Shown one piece after another: positions 8,355 to 18,386 of a DNA stretch of 32,000 bases. How positions within the stretch are numbered: the first letter of the stretch is position 1; every line of letters starts with the position of its first letter. A model generated the notes under the pieces. That model had not been told where the DNA came from and did no database searches. It saw only the letters and a program-made list of their open reading frames with translations. Origin of the DNA: Candidatus Uzinura diaspidicola str. ASNER (lineage in GTDB: Bacteria; Bacteroidota; Bacteroidia; Flavobacteriales; Blattabacteriaceae); assembly GCA_000331975.1 (NCBI GenBank), contig CP003263.1:90001-122000 (forward strand), written 5' to 3'. Position numbers and translations under genes: made by a program.

Positions 8355-10159
8355 ATGCAATATATAAGAAATTTCTGCATTATCGCTCATATAGATCATG
8401 GTAAAAGCACTTTAGCAGATAGATTATTAGAACGTACACAAACTATCCATAGTAGAGATAGAAAAAATCAGCTCCTTGATGATATGGAACTTGAAAGAGA
8501 AAGAGGAATTACTATTAAAAGCCACGCTATACAGATGGAATATAAATATAAAGGAGTAAGTTATATATTAAATCTTATTGACACACCTGGACATGTAGAC
8601 TTTTCCTACGAAGTTTCTCGTTCTATATATGCTTGTGAAGGAGCTTTATTAGTAGTTGATGCAGTTAAAAGTATACAGGCACAGACTGTCTCTAATCTTT
8701 TTCTTGCTATAGATAGAAATTTAACTATTATCCCAATACTAAATAAAATTGATTTACCAGTAGCTAATAAAGAAAAAGTTACATATGAAATCATGTATCT
8801 TATTGGTTGCACTTCGGAAGAAGTCATATATTCAAGTGCTAAAGAAGGTAGAGGGATAGATAAAATATTAGAGGCTATTATTTGCAAAATACATCCTCCA
8901 AAAGGAAATCTTAAAGCACCTCTTCAAGCACTCATTTTTGATTCTTTTTATAATACTTTTAGAGGTGTAGAAGCTTATTTTAAGGTAATTAATGGGCAAA
9001 TTAGAAAAGGTGATAAGATTAAATTTATGTCTTCTGGAAAAATGTATACGGCTGAAGAAATTGGTAATCTTAGATTGAAACACATCTCAAAATCTATCAT
9101 AAGAAGTGGAGACGTAGGATATATTATATCAGGGATAAAAGATACTTTAAGTATAAAGGTGGGAGATAGCTTTACTAGTGTAAATCGTCCAGCAAAAGCT
9201 ATCATAGCTGGGTTTAAAAAAGTGAACCCAATGGTTTTTGCAGGACTTTATCCTGAAAAAACAGAAGATTATGATAATCTTAGAGTTTCTATAGAAAAAT
9301 TACATCTTAATGATGCTTCTTTAACTTTTTTTCCTGAATCTTCTATATTTTTGGGTTCCGGTTTTCGTTGTGGATTTCTAGGGATGTTACATCTTGAAAT
9401 CATTCAAGAACGCTTGGAAAGAGAATATGGTATTTCTGTCATAACTACTATACCAAACGTATCTTATAAAGTCTTTCTTAAATGTTCCCCAACAGATATT
9501 TTTTTGGTGGATAATCCGTCTGATATGCCTGATATTTTCAATATTGAAAGATTAGAGGAACCCTATATAAAAGCTTCTATTATTACCCAAGTAAATTATG
9601 TAGGAGCTATTATGTCTCTATGTATTAAAAAGCGTGGAATGATTAAAAATCAATACTACCTCATGCCACAACGTGTAGAACTTATATTTGAAATGCCTCT
9701 TTCTGAAATAATATTTAACTTTTATGATAGACTAAAAACAATTTCAAAAGGATATGCTTCTTTTGATTATAGTCCATTAGATTATCGTTTTTCTGATATT
9801 GTGCTGGTAAAAATTCTCATAAACCATCAGTTAGTAGATGCCCTATCTACTCTAGAGCACCGAAGTAATGCCTTTTATATAGGTAAGAAAATGTGCAAAA
9901 AATTACAAAAGATTATTCCTAGACAGCAGTTTGATATTTCTATTCAGGCAACTATTGAAAATAAAATTATTGCTAGAGAGACTATAAAAGCAGTAAGGAA
10001 GGATGTGACTGCAAAATGTTACGGAGGAGATATTTCTAGAAAAAGAAAACTATTGTTAAAGCAAAAAAAAGGAAAAAAAAAATGCTCTCTTTTGGTAAAG
10101 TAGAAGTTCCTCATTCTATTTTTATGTCTGTTCTTAAAATTCAAGGGGGAAAAGAATGA
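8355..10159 (+). CDS. lepA: elongation factor 4 (LepA), frame broken in an A10 tract near the 3' end
   Basis: [24 protein letters not shown] and DTPGHVDF GTPase motifs. The track ORF ends at 10103 (..[10 protein letters not shown]). The conserved C-terminus [25 protein letters not shown] continues in another frame to TGA at 10157-10159. Confidence 0.9.
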
Positions 10160-10209
10160 GCAAATATCATTAGTAAAACAATTGTATATTTACATATAAA
10201 ATGTATGCA

Positions 10210-10511
10210 ATGTATGCTATTGTAGAAATAGCTGGGAGACAATATAAAGTTCTCCCAGATAAATTACTCTATGTTCGAGATTTAGGAGGGGGATATAAGG
10301 AAGGGGAAGAAATCATCTTCCATACTATTTTTTTATTAGGAAAAATTATTACAGAGAAAGTACAAGTAAAAGGTAAAATTATGGCACATATTAAAGATGA
10401 TAAAGTTACTATATTTAAAAAAAAAGAAGAAAAGGATATCAGCTCCTTCGCGGACATAGACAAAACATTTCCATAATAAAAATTATCTCTTTAAATAATC
10501 ATGGCTCATAA
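10210..10511 (+). CDS. rplU: 50S ribosomal protein L21, frame broken in an A9 tract
   Basis: [14 protein letters not shown]... The track ORF ends at 10476 with a non-L21 tail. The frame reached by adding one A reads [22 protein letters not shown]..., which is the conserved L21 C-terminus, and ends at TAA 10509-10511. Confidence 0.85.
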
Positions 10512-10764
10512 AAAGGGAGTAGGAAGTTCAAGGAATGGACGAGATTCGGAAGGAAATCGTTTAGGGGTAAAAATATTTGGAGGAGAACTAGCAGAAAAAG
10601 GAAATATTATTGTTCGTCAGCGAGGGACAAAATTTCATCCAGGAAAAAATGTTTTTATGGGTAAAGATCATACAATACATGCCGCTAAAAATGGTATTGT
10701 AAGGTTTAAAAGAAAAAAAGGAAGATTCTATCTATTAATTGAAGGTGAAGGGAAAGAGCAGTAG
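10501..10764 (+). CDS. rpmA: 50S ribosomal protein L27
   Basis: [28 protein letters not shown]...[12 protein letters not shown], a canonical L27. Confidence 0.95.
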   Translation: MAHKKGVGSSRNGRDSEGNRLGVKIFGGELAEKGNIIVRQRGTKFHPGKNVFMGKDHTIHAAKNGIVRFKRKKGRFYLLIEGEGKEQ

Positions 10765-12179
10765 TCTCCTAATAAAGTTTTTCGTAGTCTAGCTATAGGA
10801 ATATGAAGTTGTTCTCTATATTTTGCTATTGTCCTTCTCGCTACATTATATCCCTTTTTTTTTAATATTAAAGATATTTTTTCATCAGTAAATGGTGATT
10901 TACGATCTTCTTTATCAATCAAATTTGAAAGAATATATTTTACTTCTATATTAGATACTTCTTTTCCATAAGAATGAAAAATTTTTTCTGAGAATAAATC
11001 TTTCAATAAAAGAGTTCCAAACGGTGTTTCTATATATTTTCTATTTACCACACGAGACACCGTTGATATTTCCATGTTTAGATATTCAGCAATATTTTTC
11101 AGAGTCATAGGACGTATTTTTTGCTTTTCGCCGCTAAAAAAGTATTCTTTTTGAAAATTTAAAATGGCTTTCATAGTGAATAAAAGTGTTTTTTTTCTTT
11201 GTTTAATAGCGTCAATAAACCATTTAGCTTTCTCAAGTTTTTTCTTTATGAAGACTATATTTTTTTTGTTGGTGAATGAATTTTCTTGAAAAAAACGTAG
11301 CATTTTTATATAGTAAGGAGTAATACAAAGTTCCCTAGTATTACGTCTATTAAGGAAAAGTTCAAGTAGGTTTTCTTCGATACGCAATAAAAAATCAGGC
11401 ACTATTTGTATTGTATCAAAAGTACTGACTTCATCATACATTTTTCCTGGTTTTGGATTAAGACATTTTATTTCATTTATGGCAGAATGTAGTTCATTAT
11501 GATTCAATTTAAGACGTTCCTTAATTTTTTTATATTGTTTTTTACATAACAAATCAAAATTATCATTAATAATAAGCTTTGCAGCTAATATAGTTGGAGA
11601 ACTTGGTTTATGTTCAAGCTGTATCAATAAGCATTCTCTTAAATTTCTAGCCCCTATACCAGAAGGTTCCAGGGTTTGAACAATTTCGACAAGTCTTTCT
11701 ATTTTATAAAGATCTACCCTTTGTTCTATTACAAAAGCTATGTCATTAATTAGTTCATGATATTCTCTACGTAAATATCCTTCTTCATCTATATTACCTA
11801 AAATAAAATCAGCTACTATAAATTCTTCATCTGTTAATTTTAAGTGACAAAGTTGTGATCTAAGATGTTCATAAACATTATTATTTTTTATTAGTTTGGG
11901 TAAAATATTATTGCTTCTTTTATTAACATGTACCTCAGTTTTATACTCTTGAATTTCATCGTCATAAAGAAAATCTTCTTTATCAAGTTCATATATGTCA
12001 TCATCTATAGACGAATTAGTTTCCTCATTCATATTTTTCTCAATTTCTAATAGAGGATTTTCCTCTATTTCTTGAGAAATACGTTCTTCAAAAGCTAAAG
12101 TAGGGAGCTCTATTAGCTTTTGAAGATGAATTTGCTGTGGAAAGAATTTTTGTTGTAGCTTCTGTTTAAAATTCTGCAT
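10728..12179 (-). CDS. rpoN: RNA polymerase sigma-54 factor
   Basis: 483 aa. The N-terminal Gln/Leu-rich region I reads [22 protein letters not shown], and an RpoN box ([15 protein letters not shown]) is present near the C-terminus. Confidence 0.92.
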   Translation of the reverse strand: MQNFKQKLQQKFFPQQIHLQKLIELPTLAFEERISQEIEENPLLEIEKNMNEETNSSIDDDIYELDKEDFLYDDEIQEYKTEVHVNKRSNNILPKLIKNNNVYEHLRSQLCHLKLTDEEFIVADFILGNIDEEGYLRREYHELINDIAFVIEQRVDLYKIERLVEIVQTLEPSGIGARNLRECLLIQLEHKPSSPTILAAKLIINDNFDLLCKKQYKKIKERLKLNHNELHSAINEIKCLNPKPGKMYDEVSTFDTIQIVPDFLLRIEENLLELFLNRRNTRELCITPYYIKMLRFFQENSFTNKKNIVFIKKKLEKAKWFIDAIKQRKKTLLFTMKAILNFQKEYFFSGEKQKIRPMTLKNIAEYLNMEISTVSRVVNRKYIETPFGTLLLKDLFSEKIFHSYGKEVSNIEVKYILSNLIDKEDRKSPFTDEKISLILKKKGYNVARRTIAKYREQLHIPIARLRKTLLGDYCSFPSPSINR

Positions 12180-13551
12180 TTTTAGGCGTTCTTGGAAATG
12201 GAATAATATCTCTTATATTTAATATACCAGTAATAAATTGAACTAAACGATCAAATCCCAACCCAAATCCGCTATGGGGAACGGATCCAAATCTTCGTGT
12301 ATCGAGGTACCACCAATATGGTTTCTCATATATATCTAAGGTTTGCATCCTATTTAATAATAGTTCGTATCTTTCTTCTCTTTGTGATCCTCCTATCACT
12401 TCTCCAATTCGAGGGAAAAGAATATCCATAGAACTAACAGTTTTTTCATCATCATTTAAACGCATATAAAATGCCTTTCCCTCTGCTGGAGCATCTAATA
12501 AAATTATAGGCCTACAAAAATGTTCTACTAAATATCGTTCATGTTCAGATAGAAGATCAATTCCCCAATGAATTGTATGTTTAATTTTAGGTTGGCTAGT
12601 TAAAATCGTTATTGCTTCTGTATAGCTTATTCTACAGAAAGAATTATCTACTATTAACTGTAGACGTTCTAATAGCATATCTTCCTTAGATTTGAGATAA
12701 TAGATATCTTCCTTGCATCTTTTTAAGATTTTTATTAAAAAATAATTTAAAATATCTTCAGCTAAATTCATATTATCTGTAATTTCGTAGAAGGCTATTT
12801 CAGGTTCGATCATCCAAAACTCTGATAGATGCCTTAAAGTATTAGAGTTTTCTGCTCGAAAAGTAGGTCCAAATGTATAAATTTGTCCTAAGGATAGAGC
12901 TGCAGTTTCTCCTTCCAGCTGTCCAGATACTGAAAGATAAGTTTCATGTCCAAAAAAATCCTTTGTATGATCTATATATTGTTGATCATCTTTTGGTAGA
13001 TCGTTTAAATTAAAAATTGTCACTTTAAACATACCCCCTACTCCTTCAGCATCTGAAGAAGTAATAATAGGGGTATGTATATAAAAAAAACCCTGATAAT
13101 AAAAATATTCATGTGCACAAAAAGATAGTTGATGGCGAATTCGCATTATAGAACTAAATAATTTAGTTCGAAAGCGTAAATGTGCTTGATCTCTAAGTGT
13201 CTCTGGCTTATGAAACTTAGGTTGTAAAATTGTTTTATTAATTTCGCTAACAGAAACCTTATTATAAATCTGAATAACTGTAGAAATTACCTCTGCTAAT
13301 TGTTTTTTCCCTGTACTTTCTGTAAAAATTCCTCTTATTTGCAAAGCAATACCTATTGTAATTTTTTTTAATAACTCTTTAGAGAAATTTGATTCCATAA
13401 CAATTATCTGCAGATCTTTTAAAGTAGATCCATCATTCATGATGATAAAACGATTACTTCGAAAATAACGTACCCACCCATTAACAATAACCTCCTGAAA
13501 AATAAGGTTTTTTTTTGTAGTAATTCTTTTATATTCATAAAAAACAGTCAA
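12166..13551 (-). CDS. asnS: asparaginyl-tRNA synthetase (apparent TTG start)
   Basis: FRAENSNTLRHLSEFWMIEPE, GFGLGFDRL and the C-terminus PRTPKNAEF. The only start candidate after the in-frame upstream TAA is TTG at 13551-13549. Confidence 0.93.
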   Translation of the reverse strand: MTVFYEYKRITTKKNLIFQEVIVNGWVRYFRSNRFIIMNDGSTLKDLQIIVMESNFSKELLKKITIGIALQIRGIFTESTGKKQLAEVISTVIQIYNKVSVSEINKTILQPKFHKPETLRDQAHLRFRTKLFSSIMRIRHQLSFCAHEYFYYQGFFYIHTPIITSSDAEGVGGMFKVTIFNLNDLPKDDQQYIDHTKDFFGHETYLSVSGQLEGETAALSLGQIYTFGPTFRAENSNTLRHLSEFWMIEPEIAFYEITDNMNLAEDILNYFLIKILKRCKEDIYYLKSKEDMLLERLQLIVDNSFCRISYTEAITILTSQPKIKHTIHWGIDLLSEHERYLVEHFCRPIILLDAPAEGKAFYMRLNDDEKTVSSMDILFPRIGEVIGGSQREERYELLLNRMQTLDIYEKPYWWYLDTRRFGSVPHSGFGLGFDRLVQFITGILNIRDIIPFPRTPKNAEF

Positions 13552-13906
13552 ATATTACTTTATATATAAATCTATCACTAGCTGAAGTAGTGTCCTTTTT
13601 CTATTTCTACTTTAGCCTTTTTAATAAGTTTTTTCCGAGAATAGAAATAAATAAGAATTACCTCTCCATTATTTTTAATAGTAAATCCAAAATTAGTATT
13701 GATAAATGATAGTAAAATAGCATTTGTTACACTTACATTATAATAACTCTAACTCTTACCGTAGATGATAACTAGAACTAGCCTTTAGGCTCATTTTCTA
13801 CACAAATTTCTACTATGTAAGATACATAATTAGAACGTTATTTAAAATAAAGCATGGTGGAAAATAATGTATATTTCATATTCACTGTAAAACGTAAATT
13901 TGTTTT

Positions 13907-15211
13907 ATGTTACAAGCTCTTTTTATAGAAGAAAATAAAGAAAAAGTAATAGAAGGCCTTAAAAAACGTTATTTTTTAGAAATAGAAGGAATGTTATCTA
14001 TAATAAAGAAAATTTTATACTTATTGGATGATAAAAGAAGAATACAATTAAAACGTGATGCTTTTTTTTTTTCTTTCAATAAAATTTCCAGACAAATAAA
14101 TAAGCTTATTCAAATAGGTAAAAACGAAAAGGCAATAGCCTTATATGATAAATATAATAATCTAAAAAAAGATCTAATTTATAGAAAAACTATACTATCT
14201 TCAGTAAGTAAAGAGCTTTTAAAAAACTTACTTAGTATCCCTAATATTCCCCATGAATATATAAAGAAAGGCTATTCATCAAAATATAATGAGATTATAT
14301 ATAATCATGGAAAAATTAATTTATCTACTATCAAAAAACTTTCTCATTGGGAGTTTTCTAAAAAAATGGAACTTATAAATTGTGAATTGGGAGCAAAAAT
14401 TAGTGGGTCTGGGTTTACTATTTATAAGGGAAAAGTGGCTAGGTTGCATAGAGCAATGATTGAATATTTTATTGAATATAATTTACAAGGAGGATATATA
14501 GAATATGCGGTCCCATTTTTAGTAAGACCTGTAGCTATTATAGCTACAGGTCAAATCCCTGATAAAGAAAAACAAATGTATTATCTTGAGAAAGATAATC
14601 TCTATCTGATTTCTACTGGAGAAATCCCACTAATGAACTGTTATCGTGAGATAATTCTTAAAGAGAGTCAATTACCTATTAAAATTACAGCCTATACACC
14701 CTGTTTTAGAAGAGAAGCTGGATCTTATGGAGCTAATGTAAGAGGATTAAATCGTTTGCATCAATTTGATAAAGTTGAGATTATTCAAATCACCACTCCG
14801 GATTTTTCATATTATGCATTGCAAGAAATGGTGCAACATGTAAAAAATATTTTAATTTCCTTAAATTTGCCTTTTCGTTTACTTCGTCTATGTGGTGGAG
14901 ATATGGGATTTACTTCTGCAATAACCTATGACTTTGAAATATATTCTTATACTCAAAATCAATGGTTAGAAGTAAGTTCTATATCTAATTGTACAAATTT
15001 TCAATCTAATAGACTTAAATTACGCTATAAAAAAACCAATAGAGGAAAAACGCAAATTTGCCATTCACTTAATGGCAGTTCCATAGCTGTACAACGTATC
15101 TTAGCTGTTCTTCTTGAAAACTCTCAAACATCTAAATCTATAGAGATACCTGAAACATTAATTCCTTATACTGGATTTAAAGAAATCCTTTTTTCTTCAT
15201 ATCAGATATGA
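13907..15211 (+). CDS. serS: seryl-tRNA synthetase
   Basis: 434 aa with an N-terminal coiled-coil arm and class II motifs (CFRREAGSYG, LNGSSIAVQRILAVLLEN). Confidence 0.93.
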   Translation: MLQALFIEENKEKVIEGLKKRYFLEIEGMLSIIKKILYLLDDKRRIQLKRDAFFFSFNKISRQINKLIQIGKNEKAIALYDKYNNLKKDLIYRKTILSSVSKELLKNLLSIPNIPHEYIKKGYSSKYNEIIYNHGKINLSTIKKLSHWEFSKKMELINCELGAKISGSGFTIYKGKVARLHRAMIEYFIEYNLQGGYIEYAVPFLVRPVAIIATGQIPDKEKQMYYLEKDNLYLISTGEIPLMNCYREIILKESQLPIKITAYTPCFRREAGSYGANVRGLNRLHQFDKVEIIQITTPDFSYYALQEMVQHVKNILISLNLPFRLLRLCGGDMGFTSAITYDFEIYSYTQNQWLEVSSISNCTNFQSNRLKLRYKKTNRGKTQICHSLNGSSIAVQRILAVLLENSQTSKSIEIPETLIPYTGFKEILFSSYQI

Positions 15212-16110
15212 AAATTACTTCGCACATTGCTAATATAAAAAAAACCATATATTCTTTTGAGATTCTTCCGCCATTAAGAGATCATAATATACTAGAAATT
15301 TTTAATACTTTATATACTTTGATAGAATTTAACCCCCCTTTCGTAAACGTTACATCACATAGAGATAATGAAGTACAGAAGAGGTTAAGACGGACAGGGA
15401 CTGTTTCTATATGTGGAGCAATTATGTCTAAATATGAAATAGATGCTATTCCGCATTTTCTTTGTAGAGGTTTTACAAAACAAATGACAGAAGATGCACT
15501 GATAGAATTAAATTTTTTAGGGGTATACAATATTTTAATTATTCGTGGTGATATGATGAAATTTACGACAGAAACAAGTGCACATAGTTATTCAATAGAA
15601 CTTGTCAAACAAGTAGTAGCATTAAACAATGGGATCTATCTAGATGAAGCATTAAAAAATAGGCATGCTTCTGATTTTTGCATTGGTATAGCATGTTACC
15701 CAGAAAAACATTTCGAAGCTCCCAATATAGAAGAAGATATTTTTAGACTTTCTGAAAAAATTAAAGCAGGGTCATATTTTGTGATGACGCAAATGTTTTT
15801 TGACAATAATCAATATTTTGAATATATAGAAATAATGCGTTTTGCCGGTTTAGAAGTTCCCATTATTCCAGGAATAAAACCTATTTCTTCAATAGATCAG
15901 CTTAAAAGCATTCCTTCTAATTTTTATGTTAATATTCCAACTAAACTTGTAAAGAAAATTATAAATTATAAAAAGGATATATTTTATATAGGAATAAAAT
16001 GGGCACTTAATCAATCAATAGAACTTAAAGAAGCAGGTATTCCAATCATTCATTATTATACTATGAATAAACCTGATAATATTTATCAAATTGTGATAGA
16101 ACTTATTTAA
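15208..16110 (+). CDS. metF: 5,10-methylenetetrahydrofolate reductase
   Basis: YSFEILPP... and an overall MetF layout of 300 aa. It overlaps serS by 4 nt (ATGA). Confidence 0.85.
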   Translation: MKITSHIANIKKTIYSFEILPPLRDHNILEIFNTLYTLIEFNPPFVNVTSHRDNEVQKRLRRTGTVSICGAIMSKYEIDAIPHFLCRGFTKQMTEDALIELNFLGVYNILIIRGDMMKFTTETSAHSYSIELVKQVVALNNGIYLDEALKNRHASDFCIGIACYPEKHFEAPNIEEDIFRLSEKIKAGSYFVMTQMFFDNNQYFEYIEIMRFAGLEVPIIPGIKPISSIDQLKSIPSNFYVNIPTKLVKKIINYKKDIFYIGIKWALNQSIELKEAGIPIIHYYTMNKPDNIYQIVIELI

Positions 16111-16219
16111 CTTCAGTTAATCATATAAAATTGTAGATTTAGCGAAAAGTTAATGAAAGAAGAAGTATATAAAATGCAATGTGAAGATGATGAGTATACT
16201 ATATATGTAACTTTCTTGT

Positions 16220-17632
16220 ATGAAAACTAGAGAAATTAAAGATTTTGATTACAAATATGGTTTTTATACATCAATTGAGGCAGATAAATTTTCTCAAGGC
16301 TTAAATGAAGATACTATTCGTACACTTTCAGAAAAAAAAAAAGAACCTTTTTGGTTGATGTATTGGCGCTTAGATGCTTTTCGTTTATGGAAAGAAATGA
16401 TGGAGCCTAAATGGGGAAATGTAAAATTTAAAAAAAAAAAATATCAAGATATTAGTTATTATTCTGCGCCTATAATTAAACCTCTGAAAGGAGATCCAAG
16501 TTTAGGAACTACTTTAACAAAGTTAGGTTTTTCTTTTGAAGAACAGAAGCGTATAAATGGAATCGCCATTGATGTAGTAATGGATTCAATTTTAGTAGCT
16601 TCTACCTTTAAAAAAACTTTAGAAGATAAAGGAATTATCTTCTGTTCAATTAGTGAAGCTATAATTAAGTATCCTGAATTGGTAAAAAAATATCTTGGTA
16701 AAGTAGTTAATAAAAATGATAACTTTTATGCTTCGCTGAATTCAGCGGTATTTTCTGACGGATCTTTTTGTTATATCCCAAAAAGAATATCTTGTCCAAT
16801 AGAATTATCTACTTATTTCAGAATAAATGAAGGAGGAATAGGTCAATTCGAACGAACTTTAGTTATTGCTGATAAAGGATCTTATGTTAGTTATTTGGAA
16901 GGATGTACAGCACCTCAACGGAAAGAAAATCAACTACATGCAGCAGTAGTAGAATTAGTTGCTTTAGAAGGATCTGAAATTAAATATTCTACTGTACAAA
17001 ATTGGTTTCCTGGCGATAAACAGGGAAATGGAGGGGTATATAATTTTGTAACGAAGCGTGGTCTTTGCGAAAGACAAGCGAAGATTTCCTGGACACAAAT
17101 AGAAACTGGCTCATCTATTACTTGGAAATATCCATCTTGTATTCTCCAAGGAGATGACTCTATCGGAGAATTTTATTCAGTAGCATTGACAAAAAACTAT
17201 CAGCAAGCTGATACAGGAACTAAAATGATTCATATTGGAAATAATACAAAAAGTACAATCCTCTCTAAAGGAATTTCTGCTGGAAAATCTAAAAATAGTT
17301 ATAGAGGTCTGGTAAAAGTTGCTTCAAAAGCAGAAAATGCAAGAAATTTTTCTCAATGTGATTCTTTGCTAATTGGAAATGAATGTGGAGCGTATACTTT
17401 TCCCTATATAGAAGTAAGAAATTCTACTGCAAGTATAGAACATGAAGCAACTATCTCAAAAATAGAAGAAGACCAAATTTTTTATTGTAATCAAAGAGGT
17501 ATAGACTCTGAAAAATCTGTTTCATTAATTATCAACGGTTTTAGTAGGGATGTGCTCAATAAATTACCTTTAGAATTTGCAATTGAAGCTAGGAAATTAT
17601 TGGAAATTTCTTTAGATGGGTCTGTTGGCTAA
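16220..17632 (+). CDS. sufB: Fe-S cluster assembly protein SufB
   Basis: 470 aa with the typical SufB core ([52 protein letters not shown]). Confidence 0.95.
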   Translation: MKTREIKDFDYKYGFYTSIEADKFSQGLNEDTIRTLSEKKKEPFWLMYWRLDAFRLWKEMMEPKWGNVKFKKKKYQDISYYSAPIIKPLKGDPSLGTTLTKLGFSFEEQKRINGIAIDVVMDSILVASTFKKTLEDKGIIFCSISEAIIKYPELVKKYLGKVVNKNDNFYASLNSAVFSDGSFCYIPKRISCPIELSTYFRINEGGIGQFERTLVIADKGSYVSYLEGCTAPQRKENQLHAAVVELVALEGSEIKYSTVQNWFPGDKQGNGGVYNFVTKRGLCERQAKISWTQIETGSSITWKYPSCILQGDDSIGEFYSVALTKNYQQADTGTKMIHIGNNTKSTILSKGISAGKSKNSYRGLVKVASKAENARNFSQCDSLLIGNECGAYTFPYIEVRNSTASIEHEATISKIEEDQIFYCNQRGIDSEKSVSLIINGFSRDVLNKLPLEFAIEARKLLEISLDGSVG

Positions 17633-17642
17633 TAATATTTAT

Positions 17643-18386
17643 ATGCTAAAGATTGAAAATCTTCACGTCTCAATAGAAGAAAAACCTTTACTAAAGGGTA
17701 TAAATTTGCATATAAATGCAGGGGAGGTACATGCTATTATGGGACCAAACGGGTCAGGAAAAAGTACACTTTCTTCAGTAATTGCAGGAAAGAAAGAATA
17801 TAAGGTAACAACTGGTATTATCCGTTTTGAAGGAGAAAAGATCATACATCTATCTCCTGAAGAACGTGCTCAGAGAGGTATTTTTCTTTCTTTTCAAGAT
17901 CCTATTGAGATTCCTGGAGTATCTGTTACTAATTTTATACGTACATCTGTTAATTCTTTGCGAAAAGCGAGAGGCCTCGAAGATATGCCAATACACGATA
18001 TGTTGAAAACCATACGTAAAAAATTAGAGATTTTTGGAATGGATAAAAATTTTCTTTCTCGTTCTTTAAATGAGGGATTTTCAGGGGGGGAAAAAAAACG
18101 TAATGAAATTTTTCAAATGGCAATGCTCAACCCAAAACTTTCTATTTTAGATGAGACTGACTCTGGTCTAGATATTGATGCCTTGCGGACAGTTTCTCAA
18201 GGCATCAATGCATTTAAGTCAAAAAAAAATGCTATTTTAATCATTACCCACTATTATCGTATTCTTAAATATATAGTGCCTGATTTTGTTCATGTACTTT
18301 ACCGTGGAAAAATGGTTAAATCAGGAGGAAAAAAACTTGCTCTAGATATTGAAAAAAATGGATATTCTTGGATAAAGCCAGTTTAA
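17643..18386 (+). CDS. sufC: Fe-S cluster assembly ATPase SufC
   Basis: MLKIENLHVSIEEKPLLKG, Walker A GPNGSGKST, ABC signature FSGGEKKRNE and Walker B LSILDETDSGLD. An alternative ATG at 17616 overlaps sufB. Confidence 0.93.
   Translation: MLKIENLHVSIEEKPLLKGINLHINAGEVHAIMGPNGSGKSTLSSVIAGKKEYKVTTGIIRFEGEKIIHLSPEERAQRGIFLSFQDPIEIPGVSVTNFIRTSVNSLRKARGLEDMPIHDMLKTIRKKLEIFGMDKNFLSRSLNEGFSGGEKKRNEIFQMAMLNPKLSILDETDSGLDIDALRTVSQGINAFKSKKNAILIITHYYRILKYIVPDFVHVLYRGKMVKSGGKKLALDIEKNGYSWIKPV

Noticed and set aside
10701-10764. Possible frame break at the A7 run in the rpmA 3' end.
   Set aside because: The in-frame tail (...[20 protein letters not shown]) gives a normal L27 length with a plausible hydrophobic C-terminal strand. 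No better-conserved continuation exists in another frame.
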